From Lingula anatina (Eukaryota; Animalia; Brachiopoda): a DNA stretch of 64,000 nt. Position 1 is the first letter of the stretch. Every line of letters begins with the position of its first letter. The notes under the pieces are model-generated. The model made no database searches. It saw only the letters and a program-made list of their open reading frames with translations, and was not told the DNA's origin. A program made the position numbers and the translations under genes. This document shows positions 1 through 14,200 of this stretch, piece by piece. The stretch covers positions 39,286,788-39,350,787 of the forward strand of contig CM120640.1 in NCBI GenBank assembly GCA_051362555.1. Reading direction: 5' to 3'.

Positions 1-1842
1 GGTGAAAGTAAACAGTAAATAAATATACCCACTGACAAACAGTCCACATATTTCTCCTGATATTTTCTAATTGGAATATACTAAAAACAAATTCTATCGT
101 CTAAGCTAATTTGCCAGCTCTCATGCACGCCCTCGGCCATCAGTTCGTTGATAAAAACCTAGCTCTACAAAGTATTATACATACGTCTTCGTGCACACGA
201 CTGACCAGTTATTAAGATGACCTGAAGTGACCCCTCAGTAAATGTGTTAGATGAGGTCACCCCTCGATCAAACTAACCAATGTCTTGTCACTAACTAAGT
301 TTAAAGGCAAAAAAATATGGAGCAAAAACTTTTCAGAAATTCCTGCAGGTGCGCATCGCATCATTTGATTTCTAAAATCAGAGCAAACGTTCACTGGATA
401 CTTATTTATGCCTTAAGGGAAATGAACTAAAGCTGCAATCATATTTCAATTAATGTCCATTCTATATGTGTCAGAGCCCATCTTAGAAATCATATCCCCA
501 AAACAGCAGCATTCACATGTGACATGCGTGAATCATAACATTTTTCGAATTTTTTACCTCTTTTTAAAAAAATCCTCACCATTGTATTCCTATGCCTAGC
601 CCCAGAAGGTGAACTGCACCGGTGAATGACACCATAAATTATTGTGAAAATATTTTCTCTTGGGCTGAAACTGCTAAGTCAGAACTGTATCATTTTAAAA
701 GTTATCATTTTAACAGAACAATATTTAAAAAAAGAACCTTAAATTAAAACGTCCTTTGATTGACATACGCCTCAGTGTGACAAGATGAGTCAGAGTCGTG
801 CATGTGCATATAAATAGGCCTTTGTTGACAGACACAAAACTAACAACATCAAAATTAACATGAAAACATAAAAATCACAATAACTTGAAGTTAAGGTCCT
901 TAGTAGACTTTTCTATACCCTTGAATAAGAGTGAAGGGGTATTTTCCAAAATAAATTTGGTTTTGGACTTAATTTCATTAAAACGCCCCCTTCTCTGGTA
1001 TTAATAATTGTCTTCACCTTTCTGTTTCCTATCTTTTAATGTGAAATTTTAACTTGATAAAAAGAGCAAAATTAATATCAAAAGTCAGAATTGTAATGTT
1101 ATTAACAAGCATTGCTATATATTGTAATTTGTATAGAAAAGAAATTATTTCACGATGGGCAAAATGAAACAACCTTAACTATTGCTGAATTATATTTCCT
1201 TTGCTTAGTTCCATACCTATCTCTTTCTAAGTCATATGAAAAGAAATAAAATCAATAAACAATAAATCAAAAAGTTGTATTGCCATTGCAATTTACCCTA
1301 ATGAAACCATATCTAATAAAAATAAAACACAATCGGCTTTCCCCTTTTCTTGAGGCAGAATGAACTTCCAACAATTATGCCACATAGACGATAGCCACGT
1401 TATATACATGTATTATCCTTGTATGTATGTATGGTATCACACAGCTACACTATAAATCCAAACATGGCTTTAAACAGTCGTCTTGTGACATTCCGATAAA
1501 ACAGGACACAATGCAATCAGTGAGGCAAAGCAAGGCTTGGTCAGTATGTTTAAAGACATTTGAATACTAAAATTTCATTCCAATATGGAAAAAAAACCCC
1601 ACATTACATCTAAAAGGATAACTGAGGAGTTGATGTTTTAATTCGTTTTAAAAGCTGTACATAGGGTTATACAACTGTACATGTACATATCCACACAAGT
1701 GGATTGATAGCGCATACCACAAGCCACACAAAACCTCATTGAAAGGAAAATGCAAAACTCGTAAATAAATCGATTTCTGAGTGACTAATGGGAGAAATAC
1801 AACACCCAAAGGTAATTCGCGTTCCGTCGGTGGATATCAATC

Positions 1843-2098
1843 CAGTGGCAGATTTAGAGGGGGAGCCAGGGGGGTCCTGACCCCCCCCCTTCGGTTTCTG
1901 AAATATATATTACACCAATATTTCCTTCTTGAAATTAGAATTTTGATATTGATAGTTATAAACCATATCAAAGGACACTGTTTGCTCTCCAAAACACCAA
2001 AAATTTTCGGGGCCCCTGAGCAAGCCCCAAGGGGGCGTTGGTCGGCTTCGCATCCGAGGCCTGTCGTTTCGCCCCCCCCCCCCTTCAAATAATCCTGC
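1843..2098. mobile_element. Degenerate MITE-like element (CAGTGGC(G/A)GAT-type end)
   Basis: GC-rich island starting cagtggcagatttagaggggg and ending in a C-run followed by ttcaaataatcctg. The G-run and C-run ends are loosely complementary, and the start resembles the element at 14031. Confidence 0.5.
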
Positions 2099-5000
2099 AA
2101 TCGTCTAAAATATCATTTTCAGGCAGCCCATTTTCATATGTCAGCGGCATGTTACTTCTTTTTAAAAGGCGTGGAACAACTGCTCCAAAACCAGTTTTAC
2201 GTAAAGCAACAATGTAATGAATACATGTAACCTTTTATTTGGCCTAAGTCAAATGTAGAAATGCCGTGTTGTAAATGATGTGCAAGGGGGTATTTGAGTT
2301 TAGAACTTGAAGGCGTGGTGGTGAATCGTAAGCGTTAAGGTGGATAAATGCCATTGTATTTGTACTCATCAATGACACCGGCAAAATACAAAGCGAATAA
2401 CTAAAAATAAACAAATAGAAAAATAAAACATGAAAATATTTTATCAAACCTTATACGAACAAAATATCTACACAATTTATATCATTATCTAACATTCTAT
2501 ATTTTGACTGGTAAAGGTATTCGTTTAGCCTCAATTCTTTTAGTCGACATCAATCCATGAGAAATCAAACGGGATCTTTCCAATGCAGATTTCTTCCGTT
2601 CTCGCAGGAAATTAAATTGATGCCCTGATATGGAGATGCGATAAATGTCCCTCACTCGTTCTCTGTGATCAACTGTATTGAATTCTCATTTTTACATTAT
2701 TGAAAATGACTGTAGAGAGACGAAAATAACGCCTCAGTACCTACTCTAAAACCAAGCTTGCTATTCTCATGACAAATTGCATGTTTATGAAATGATAAAA
2801 AAGTGCCAGTTGAGGAAAGAATTATTTTGTTGACCAAGTAGATGGTAAATTGGGCATTTTGTTAATTATTTTAAAAAGAAAGAATATAGGACTTCACTCT
2901 CCCCAACACCAGACGAAATGATGGGGACATATGCATTTACGTATATAAATATTAAGTAGTAAATTATTTTCCTTAATGCTCACATTTTAATTAGTATCAG
3001 AAATTAAAAAGATATTGAAATATTTCAAAGCAATTGAGCAGAACATAGTAACACCCCTTATACATTTACGCAAGTCAGAATAATAAAATGAATAATCAGC
3101 AATTAGATGAATCTAATATGTATAAGACATAAATAGGTGGTCCTAATTCCTGACCGGTACGCAGAATAATCCCGTCAGTCGGATTAATAACTTGAAGCAT
3201 TGTAGTCATGTTTCACAATCCTCATAGCTTTCATAACATGTTCATAAAAATGCGTCACCTGATGTTAGGATGACTGCACCAGTCATCATGTCAACGCTTA
3301 TTTCTCATTGGTAGATTTCCTTGCCTAGACCGAGGGCACGCCTATGTTACCTTTTTATTTTTAGGTAAACAAAAGAATTCCTGAAAAATGTTTTTCTTTT
3401 GTACTCAATGCACGGCGTAACCATCCCCCGCGAGCGAAAATACTTAAAGGAAGCACCTAGATCTAAACAGGTATAATCACCTGTAGACTTTTAGTGTCTA
3501 AAAAGGACGGGAGCAGGTTGGTTACTGCGTGAAGCAAGTTTCCCACCACACCCCAATACACACGCTTAAATAGCGAACGCCATTCTAAAGCGGCCTGGCT
3601 ACTACTTGAATAGAAAAGGATCAATACGACTATTCCGAGCTCGGTGCTGCGTATTTGTCACCCAAGCTCTTTTAACAAAAGGCCGCGCAAGTGCTACTGG
3701 GATATTGTTTAACAATCGAAACTCCACATTGAATACACCCTAGTAGAAAGATAATCTAACCAGGTCGCACACCCAGTTACACAGGTCGGAAAAACTAGGC
3801 GAAAAGACGCTTCTCGGGGGAGGTAAGTTGTTTAATTTCAACTTATAAACCTGTTTCGCAGTTTCATTAATTGAATGATGTAAATGATTTACCTAGTGTT
3901 GTTATTTAACTAAGACTTAAAGGAATAAGTTAATGTGGGACCCACCCTTTGGCCTTATTTCGCGGGAACCAGTTATGAAACAGCAAATTCTGCAGAGTTG
4001 ACAAAACTAGTTTTTAAAGATCTATCTAGTTAAGATGATAGGAGTACAAGAGTGCGGACAGGTAAGACTTTTTTTATATCAATTCCATTCGTATATCATA
4101 GGGCAGGCCGCTTGCAGGCTAAAAAGTTTACATGTATACGGAACTCCTTTCACCTTACATGCCCCGTCATCCAAATAGTTACTTAATCACGGTTTCGATC
4201 GTTTTGTACATAGAAAAAGAAAACGTCGGTGCATCCATCTATTACACTGTCTGTCTGATACTTAAAGTACAGCATGATATTATGGCTCAGGTAATTGCTA
4301 GCCTCGTGGACTCACTTGTCAGTCTTAGCTGGTGGGGGGAAATGCCATATGTCGACGCCATAATCACTTTCAAGAGTATGCTTGTGACAAGTTTGAGTTC
4401 GAAGGGTTTCTTAATATGGATAACAACTAAACAACCAACTCATGGTCAACGTGTAGGTCAGGGAAAACAGGGAAGGGAGTAAGACGTTAATCACTAAGAC
4501 TAAGACTGGGCGTGGTCAGACGACCATCCCACCCTCAGGTGTGTACAGAGCCATGACTAATGTACACTCATATCCCCCTACAAATTAAATTCAGTTCTTA
4601 TTAAGTCGGGTGAAAATGACTAAATATTTAGCTAGTTTTCACCCTTGAGCGGTAGACAACCCCTGGTACGTGCCGTCAATTTAGCACATTAAGAAAATAT
4701 GTCAGAATTACCCACCATCCGTGGTTTCTGACATGCGCAGTTGCACCTTTCATTTACAGCCATGGCTGAAAGGCGACTTAACATCCATATGGATTAGCTC
4801 TGTTAAAGCGGACCAAAATACGCAGAATATCAAGCAAAGTGGCATTAAATCTATATAAAAATGGTTGTATATATTTGCACGTTGTGACTGTAAGATATGT
4901 TCATCCTTCATGTAGTTTAAGCTTGTAAACCGAGTTAGTGTTCACACTAACGCAAATGTATTGGTTGGTAATGAGATCCATTAGAACTTTAAATGGACCC

Positions 5001-8000
5001 TTTCCCTTATTATAACCTTAATCCCAAAATTATACTGGCGGAGCTAAAAGCATTGTAATCTGAATACACAAGAATATGAACACACAGACTTTTCATGGTT
5101 AGTGTAGTTGATTTACAGGGTGGCTTCACCAAGAAACGCTTTTTATATAATATTTTAAACCATTACTATAACAATGAATCGAACCAGTATTTATTACGGG
5201 TTGGTTTATAATAATAGCAAATAGTTATAATGTTTCCTCAATGAAAAATGAGGGAGACCAAGTCAGTTAATGACTGTTAACTTATCTGTATTTTTTAAAA
5301 TAATTCTAGAAAGATGGTCAAAACAATTACGTGTGGCTCCAAGGGTGTATATGATAAATAAGCAGTCTCTCTTACAGAACACCTCTTGCATTTTTTTCTT
5401 ACAAGTTAGATTGAACGAGGACCATAACATTGTGCTTAAAAAGACATTTGAATAATTAAATTGTCACATGAAAATTGCATTTTTACGTCAGTCTGCAACA
5501 GTAAATAAGATAAACAATGCAAATCCACAACCATCCATGGAAAGGTATAGCCTAAGGTTTTGCAATTAAAAACACGGGCCTATTTCAGAAAACAATATCA
5601 AAAATACCTTGCATAGGCAAACTATTTTTATTTGCCCTTATTATTACGATGTATTGATTCAGGACCATGAGGTTTGAAAATGCTCAGCGCAGCGTGAAGC
5701 TAAAGAGCGTGAGGTACAGAGCGTGGTTTATGTAATACCTACATTCCACTTCGCCAATACAGGCGTGGTTGCATCGGCGCGCCCTGGGACGCAAAAGGGG
5801 TTAGGAGTGAGGGGTAATTTCGCACCAACTAACCTATGACAGAAGCTGTGTGGACCTGTGAAATGACCATATAACTTGACGTTAAAAGGTGGATCTACAT
5901 GGGGTCGTACGGGACAATGTTATGCAAGCAGTAGCTGTTACATCCTTTCTGAGAATACTTAGGCATCAGTGAAATATAAGCGCGGTCAGGTGTTGAACCC
6001 CCTTTAGTCTATATGGCATTGTGACCATCTATTGTATATATCCTCGCCACCTTTTGTATCTATTCCAGTCATGGCTCTCTTGTTATTTCACAGTTCTGGT
6101 TTTGTCCGAATACTGTGGCTTTAGTATTTCTTTTCACACACACGACGAGTGACAATTCAAGATGCATGGAATCGGGAAAAGTACCACACGAGTCTTGAAG
6201 TTTGATCATTTGTAAATTTGAGCGACTCTTACTGTAATTCCTATTCGTTCAAGTTTCTAAAGTGATGTACTTTACAAGATTCAAGGTACCGTTTCTCTTG
6301 AAAAGTCCTCCTCAAAATGCCTCTCAGCTGTTTAATAATGCATTCTACCCAAAGGACCATATTTCACAAAGATATCCATTGCACATCGTACCTGTATATA
6401 GATATAACAATGCAACCACTTAAAAGCTCACTGTGTAGTTTTTCATATTATATACCAGGCGTTGATGGAATACAAAATTATATCACCCGTCACCTTACGC
6501 CATTCTTTTTTTATCCGCCAAAGTGTTAGTCTTTATGTTGATTCTATTGTCGCCCTAATGTATAAATAATACAGACGTCACTTTACCTGAGCTGATTCAG
6601 AACAAAACTGATAAAAACATATCTCCAACGTTGATGTTTGTGTATAAATTTGAAGGAATGGAACCACCTTAAGAATGGAACGCAAGAGAGAAAATGAGCG
6701 TGAATGAAAAACTAAATTCACTCAGTCCAGAAAAAAAAACGGACTAAATCTCCAGTCGGGAGCTTTTGACGTGATAGACAACCATGGTTGCGAACTGCAG
6801 CACTATTTACTGGTCAGACAAAGCCTTTAAATCCGCTACACTGTACTTCAACAGGTCGCACCATGGTCCATTTTGTATTTCCGAGACAATTATATTCTTT
6901 ATGTCTAACAATGTATTCACAGTGGGAACTTGTCAGAAGCCGGTATTTACCTCCGCACAGGGCTTATCCCTTACTTTTAGCACTAATGCGTGACACTGCA
7001 TCTAGAACTGTGATTCTCAAAACTCTAAGGATAGTCTCTTGTACTTAATTAATGCCTCATACTGAGATGAATAGGGACCAACTGTGCACCAACATACGTA
7101 CGGTTGACAAGTCAATTATTAAAGCAAAAAAAAGTCTGCTCTCATTACTTTTGATAGAGGAATAACTTTGTGATTTTGTTTTTCATGTTACTGTGTAGTA
7201 AATCAGACGACTTAATAATACCCAACTATCCTAAGAATTTTTCAACTATCTGAAAATAATAGTTCATAATCAAAAATACAGTCCAGTCAATTGTAATTCA
7301 TCTTTATGGAATAGCTCCCCTTTACGACAGTAACTTAAACAGTAATCCATGACTTCATATATATTAAAAAGAAAATATCACAGAAAAATGTGACAACAAA
7401 TAGATCTGAGAGCGAAGGGTACAGGATTTTTGCCTTGAGAACATATCATTTTGCACATTATGTACTGTCATCCTGAGGGGAGCAGCTACCCACCAAATAC
7501 AGTGTTAAACGTTTACGAAACCGAAAAAAAGTTGTAACTTTATGGTAATACTATGAAACATTCTGTTTTTGTTCGGCATATGTTTCAAAAATCAAAAGAC
7601 TTGCACCGTTCCTTTATGTTCCTATAAAGTTGCTTAACCTTAACAGCGCTGCCATTTTGCTACTGTAAGTTCCTCGTGTATTTACATCCATATGAAAATA
7701 CTGTTAAAAAAAATAAAGCCATACGATTTGCATGGGTAAACTAAATGTGTTTACCTTGTCATTATAACGGTATACAAACGCACTTAGCTTGACGTGTCCT
7801 CTATATTGTTATATGGATTAGTCTTTCTGAGTGAAGTTCGTGGCGCATAGGGCTATCCATTTTAGACAATTCCCTATTCAATATGCTCTACTGTTAGGAT
7901 AAGTAGGCTAGTGTGGACGTGAGAGATTACAATGTGTATCTAGTAATACCTTTCCTTTGTTTCCTCTTTTTTTTAAATTAATTTCTTAATGGGCGATTAA

Positions 8001-8208
8001 CATTATACTTTTCATTAATGCTTTACATGACTTCTTTGAATTTTAGATATTTAGTCTATAGCGAGAAGGATATACAAGAGTATACCGCACCTTGAAAGCG
8101 TCGTCCTTTCTATACGTACCAACACTTTGAAGCCAAACAGATTAGATTGCTTTTATGAGACGGGTTGCATTTCTGTTTCAGATTGCGATTTCTCCTTAAC
8201 CAATCATT

Positions 8209-11200
8209 ATGACGAACCTTCATTTTGGGATTTTGGTTGTTTTAATATGTCTAGGAAACCTAGCATCAGGTATGCTTTATCACAAGTACCAATGTCTTCA
8301 TTATGATTCTATTATTTTATTTTTCATTAAATTATTTCTTTGCATTTTATAATGTTAAGTAAAATAAGTGTTTTGGTTTATCTCATGCTTACTGTAATGT
8401 CATTCTGAAACCTTAATACTATGTGTTTATGTTTCCACAGCCCCATTGCTTTAAAGGGGTTAAACATATATCAGTATTCACTCTGTGTATTTTAATATTA
8501 TATTTTAGCATCCTTTAGCAACGAGGGGACCGAATTTTATGTAGGATTTATGGACAATGATTATGGTGATGGTCGTGATATGTACCTGTACATGACGACT
8601 GGGTCTAACACACCGGCAGAAGTCACTGTCACAGCTCCGAAACAAGATACCAATTTTCGTAAAACAGCACAGGTAGCAAGGGGACAGAGTGTGAGAGTCT
8701 CCATACCAGCGAACTTCAAAGCCACAGGCAGTCAGGTGGAAAGCAAGGGTATTCACGTCATGTCAACCCAACCCATTTCACTGTATGGCCTGAATCAGGA
8801 ACAGGGGTCTGGAGATGCGTTCACTGCGATACCCGTGACTGGCCTTGGTTCAAAATATTCCGCCATTACATGGTCAAATCAAGGACAGATTCTCGTGGTT
8901 TCCACTCAAGACCGTACAGAAGTAACAGTTAAGCTGCCGGGCAGAGCCAATAATGCCATTACCTACAATGGTGTAACACATACTAATTATGCCGAGTTCA
9001 CAGTGACCATGTCAAGGTACCAGACCCTTCACCTCCAGAGTGATGATCTCACCGCCACTCAGATAGTGGCTAACAGCGCTATTGCTGTGTTCTCTGGAAG
9101 TAAAAAGGTACAGATTGAAGGCACTATGACGTCCGACCATCTGGTTCAACAGTTGACTCCCTATGATGCTTGGGGAAAAGAGTTCCTAATTTCTGCTCCA
9201 CCTAATTCACAGAAGTATAAAGTGAAGATTGTATCCCAAGACAGACATCCAAATATAGGTAGAGTATACATTTCCGGTGAAGGCGCTAGTGGTACATTTG
9301 TGACCGAATTCTACACCTTTGTCAGAAACTACCAGAGTGATGTTCTCAGACGTGTTTGGTCCGACTCTCCAATTCAAGTCGCCTTGTTTACACAATCCAT
9401 GGATTCCTCCACAAATATGATAGATGCCTCCATGGTGTTAGTTCCACCCGTCTACCAGTACAGATCTAGGTATACCTTCACCACATTGGGACAAACAGCT
9501 GCAGAGATGTCCAGTCACATGACAATCTATGTTGCGAATGTTACAACAAATGCCGGTACACTGAGGATGGATGGCCAACCCATGAATGTGTCTTTTACTA
9601 AAGTAGCGTCAACTGATTATTATTTGGGTACGATGCCAGTCTCACCTGGAGCTCATGAGGTCTACAGCACTGATCCCCTGACAAACTTTTACGGTCTCAT
9701 AAGTGGTTTCCATGCCAGTTCAAATGGTAACTACTACGTTACTTATCCTGCAGGGATGAACGTGGCCAAAAACACACTGGTGAGTTGAATTTGGTTATTT
9801 ATTTTGGATTGAAAAATCTTTTTTCTAAATAGTTACATCCTGTTTTCAGAATAGGGTAATACATGTATCCCTCTACTGTAAATCCAGTGCTGTCGTTTAT
9901 TCAACCTCTAGTATAAATAGTTGAATGAATAGATAAAAAGAAAAAAATCTTCCTGCCATTTTAAGTTTTATATCCTTATACACTGATAAGAACGTTTTAC
10001 ACCTTCAGGGGTGCAGTCCATTTGTAGGACAGAATATTGTAGCTGGAAACCAAGTCGATGAAGACTGTGACGGAAGAGTAGATGAGGAAATCAAAAATAA
10101 TATTGATGGTGAGTTTCCCGTCTTGTTGCGGAAATTTTTTCAGTATGTTAAGAGTCTATTTCAGGTTGATTTTTCCACATGAAACTCAATCTTATCTAAA
10201 AAAAAAACGGGTTATTCTTCATTTAAACAAGATTTGTGTTAGGTATTTTACAAGGTTTGTGTTAGATATTTTTACGAATACGAATAAGTAACATCAAATC
10301 TGTTCATCTCAATACTAATTTTGCAAATCAATTGCAGATGATGGGGATGGAAAAGTAGATGAAGATCTGTCTCTTCCATCGAGAGGTACGCCACGTTTTT
10401 CATCTCTTTGTTGTGGAAGTTTAACAATTGTCAGAAACTCAGTTTTAGTACTGGCTTATTTAGTATGGAAAGCATATATAATTTATCATGCCTTACACTT
10501 GCAATAAAAGATCCGCTGGGTTTAGCTACAAACTATCTTTAAATATCTAAAACACGATATAATGGAGAGTTGTAATAAAAATATATGCTCTCCCATCCTA
10601 GCAAATGGTAACTGGGGATCCTGGGGTAGCTGGGAGGCGTGCAGTGTCACGTGTGAGAACGGGACCAAAAGCAGAAGAAGACTATGCAACAACCCAGAAC
10701 CAATCAATGGCGGCCTCGCGTGTCCAACTGACATTCAGGGTGACACAGATACGATGCCATGTTCTTTACAACGGTGTCCAGGTATGAATATTTTAGATGT
10801 GGAAAAACTGTATTCTGTTTTACTTCAGGAGAGTAACATGTGGACTGACAGTTTTCAACTATGTTGCATCAAAGTGCATACAAAGATAGCATAAAATATG
10901 CATGATAAATTAGTTGTTAACGTCCCTCACACTTCAGGCGTCCTAAAAAAAGAAAGTCTCCCCTGTGCATTTAAATTTACTATTTGGTTTTATAGAATGT
11001 GATCCAGCGGCGGCAGTAAGCTGCACTAGCAAACCCAACACTGTCTGCAGTGCCAACAGATTTTGTGAATGTGAGCCTGGATACAGAGACACCACCGGCC
11101 TCGGGCTGTGTGTGAAACGTGAGTTTTATTGGAAGAAAGTACAAAATCTTGTTGTAGAGAACTATCACCATTTATCTCATAACTAACGAACTGTTTAGGG

Positions 11201-14200
11201 ATTTGATATGAGAGAACAAGTAAAATTTTCCATTGCTTTCAAACGATCATTCTCTCAACTACCATACCAGAATGTGGCTTATAAATAAATGTACGATTTT
11301 TTCAATAAGTAAAAGGCCTACCATGCACGTTAATTGAAACATTTTTTCTCTGTTAGATATTTTTTCCTCTTCTATTTACCTAGCAGTCCGAAAATTTATA
11401 CAAGGGCATTATTATTATATTTAGCATTCAAATGGGTAAGTTCCTCTATAAGGACACAATAAGGCGAAAACTCAATCACTAGTGTCTCGGCATTACAGGT
11501 AAAATAGGCGATACATGCGTTTTGAGCACCGACTGCAATACTGTTGTGGGCAACAGCAGATGCGTAGAGGGGAGATGTGTGTGTTCCGTTGGCTACAAAC
11601 CAGGACCAGACAACACGGCTTGCGTACAACTTACGATCGGAGACGCATGTACGTCAACAGACCAATGTGATGTGGTGATGGATCACGTGACCTGTGGAAC
11701 CGGAAATACCTGTCAGTGTAACCTTGGATACATAGCGACCAGTGGGCAGTCACAATGTCGAAAGAGAGTTGTAGGAGATAGTTGTTCAACAGACGGCGAT
11801 TGCAGCACTGCGGTAACAGGAACGACTTGTTCCACGTCTACCAGGCGCTGTACATGTGCCATAGGGTACCGCCCCAGTACGGACAGTACTTCATGCTTGG
11901 CACGTAAGTAAAGGTTGCCAGTAGAGTGTTTTGCTGGGCCTACTTATTTTGTTCTTATTAACGTGAAAACCGTCTGCTGCGATGTTGCCGAATATTGCCT
12001 ATTATTGTTGTAAGTGAAAATGTTTAAAAAAGCGATTTCATTGTGAAAGAAAGTAAATTGATTTCTTGATGCATTGATTTAATTGAAAAGAATATTAGTA
12101 TAGTAGGCCTTGTACTGACGTGTTTTGTAATATTGTCCGTTTTCTTTGTTGTACATGTAACCGAATGATTTTCACATGTACATTTATGCTTACTGCAGGG
12201 TTTTTTTTCTGGTAAACTGTTTTTTTTCATTATATCTTATCATACTTAGTTTTTTTATTTATATGTTTGATTTTGTCCTTGTTGCATGGTGTTCTTTTAA
12301 TAATTATTATTGAATTGCTTTGCTTATGGTAGATTCCTTGTAGAAACTTACATCTTGCACTCTATAGCGCTAACAGTTACATCATGTAAGGTGCATGAAC
12401 CAAAAGTAGTCTTTATTAAGTAGAATAGGTCCAACCAATAAATGTACCTGTAGATTAGGTCCAACCAGTAGATGTACCTGATGGTGTAAAAAAATATTTA
12501 AGTCTTCCTACTACTTACCGTATATAGATAAATAGAGCTTCAAAGTAGGCAAGACACACAGATGACCAATTTCTAAGCTTTGCATGTTTTCATTTGGAAG
12601 GAAAAGCTAGGTGACATATAGAGCATGCAGCTTGATTTGAGAGAGGAGACACCTGAAACACAGCCATTTCCAAAAATGCACACGTTTGATTTCTTTTCTC
12701 CTGTACCGGTGATTTTTGTGTGACTGGAAAGGTTTTTTTCCCAAAAGAATGAGTTTTCTCCAGGGCTAGCTTTGACCATCATTTAGCCTGCATGTGTGTT
12801 CAAAGAGGATGGGTACTAACAGAACGGTGCGCGCGGTATATGCTCACTAAAAGCATGAATCTACGAGGCATAGACTGGCTGTCCACGCTGAATGTTTTGG
12901 GAGTGGTAAAATGACGAAGACAGACTGTTTCAGGCGTGATTGGTGACACGTGTCAGTTAGACGAGGACTGCTCCACAATCCCACAATCCCAGTGCCAGTC
13001 TGGAACCTGTCAATGCGATGATGTTTTTCTTGCGTCCGGATCTACCTGTAGACCTCGACTCATTGGAGACACCTGCAGCAGCAGCAGTAACGGCAACGAA
13101 CAATGTAATGCCTCCGTTAGTAACAGCGTGTGTTTTCAGTCACGATGCAAGTGTGAGCTTGGCTATTATCCGAGCACTGATTCGACGACCTGTAGAAAAC
13201 GTACCATTGGGACCGCCACCTCCTGCATAGTGCAAGAAGATTGCACAGCGGCCATACCTAACAGCCGTTGTGACGAGGGGGTTTGCAATTGCAACGACGG
13301 CTTTTACTCTCCTACTGGAAACTCGTGCATAAAACGTAGGCAGATATTTTACACATAGTCTACATTTTAAATTGATGGATTGTTTTCATGTCCTGTAACA
13401 TTACTAGTATGAAAGTCAATAAGTTTTCTTAGCGAACTCTATATTCAAAATGTTATTCATGTAATAGACATTTACTTTTAAGTACAAACCCACGCAATAA
13501 TGATTTTCAGGAATGATCGGGGACACATGTCAAATGGATCTCGACTGTTCAACTGTAATCCCTTTCGGTGTGTGTTTGAGAGGCAGGTGCTCGTGTCCCA
13601 GTACTCACATAACATTCAGTGACCTCACTGGTTGCCGAATCAGGTTGATAGGAGATTCTTGCTCGGATACAAATCAGTGTGAAACAGCGATAAGAAACAG
13701 TAGCTGTGTAAACTCTGTTTGTCAGTGCGACCTTGGTTACACCGCAAGTCACGATAATTCAACATGCAATAAACGGACCATTGGGGTTCATTCCTGCAGT
13801 GCCGATACCGATTGCCTGTCCGCCGTAAGGTGGAGCGTGTGTAGGGAGAATGTGTGCAAGTGCTCCGATGGATATGTCTCCACCAACGATGGATCAGCAT
13901 GCACCATGCGTAGGCATATTTTACGCATTCTTATCCAAAATATTCTATTGATCTATTACAAACCTCTAAATTCAAAGCCTATTAGGAAAATTAAAATTAA
14001 AATTATTGCACTGGGACCTATATTATATTGCACTGGCGGATCCAAGATTTCAAGAAGGGCGTGGGTCCCAATTTTTTGTCCCGCTGAATAATCTGGTTAA
14101 TCAAGCGAGAATTTTCTTCCCTTTAATATGGGTGGGGAGATAAAACTGCCCTTTGGGCTTGGAAAAGGGTGACACACCCAGGACCCCATTGTATCCGCCT

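Noticed and set aside
1781-2100. ORFs of 103 and 87 aa
   Set aside because: They overlap a GC-rich MITE-like element and show no protein motifs.
3700-4070. Strong donors (GAG|GTAAGT at 3823, CAG|GTAAG near 4062) as 5' UTR exons of gene 1
   Set aside because: Plausible, since an acceptor lies at 8181, but it cannot be supported without transcripts.
4132-4482. 116-aa ORF
   Set aside because: No recognisable domain or splice context; likely chance.
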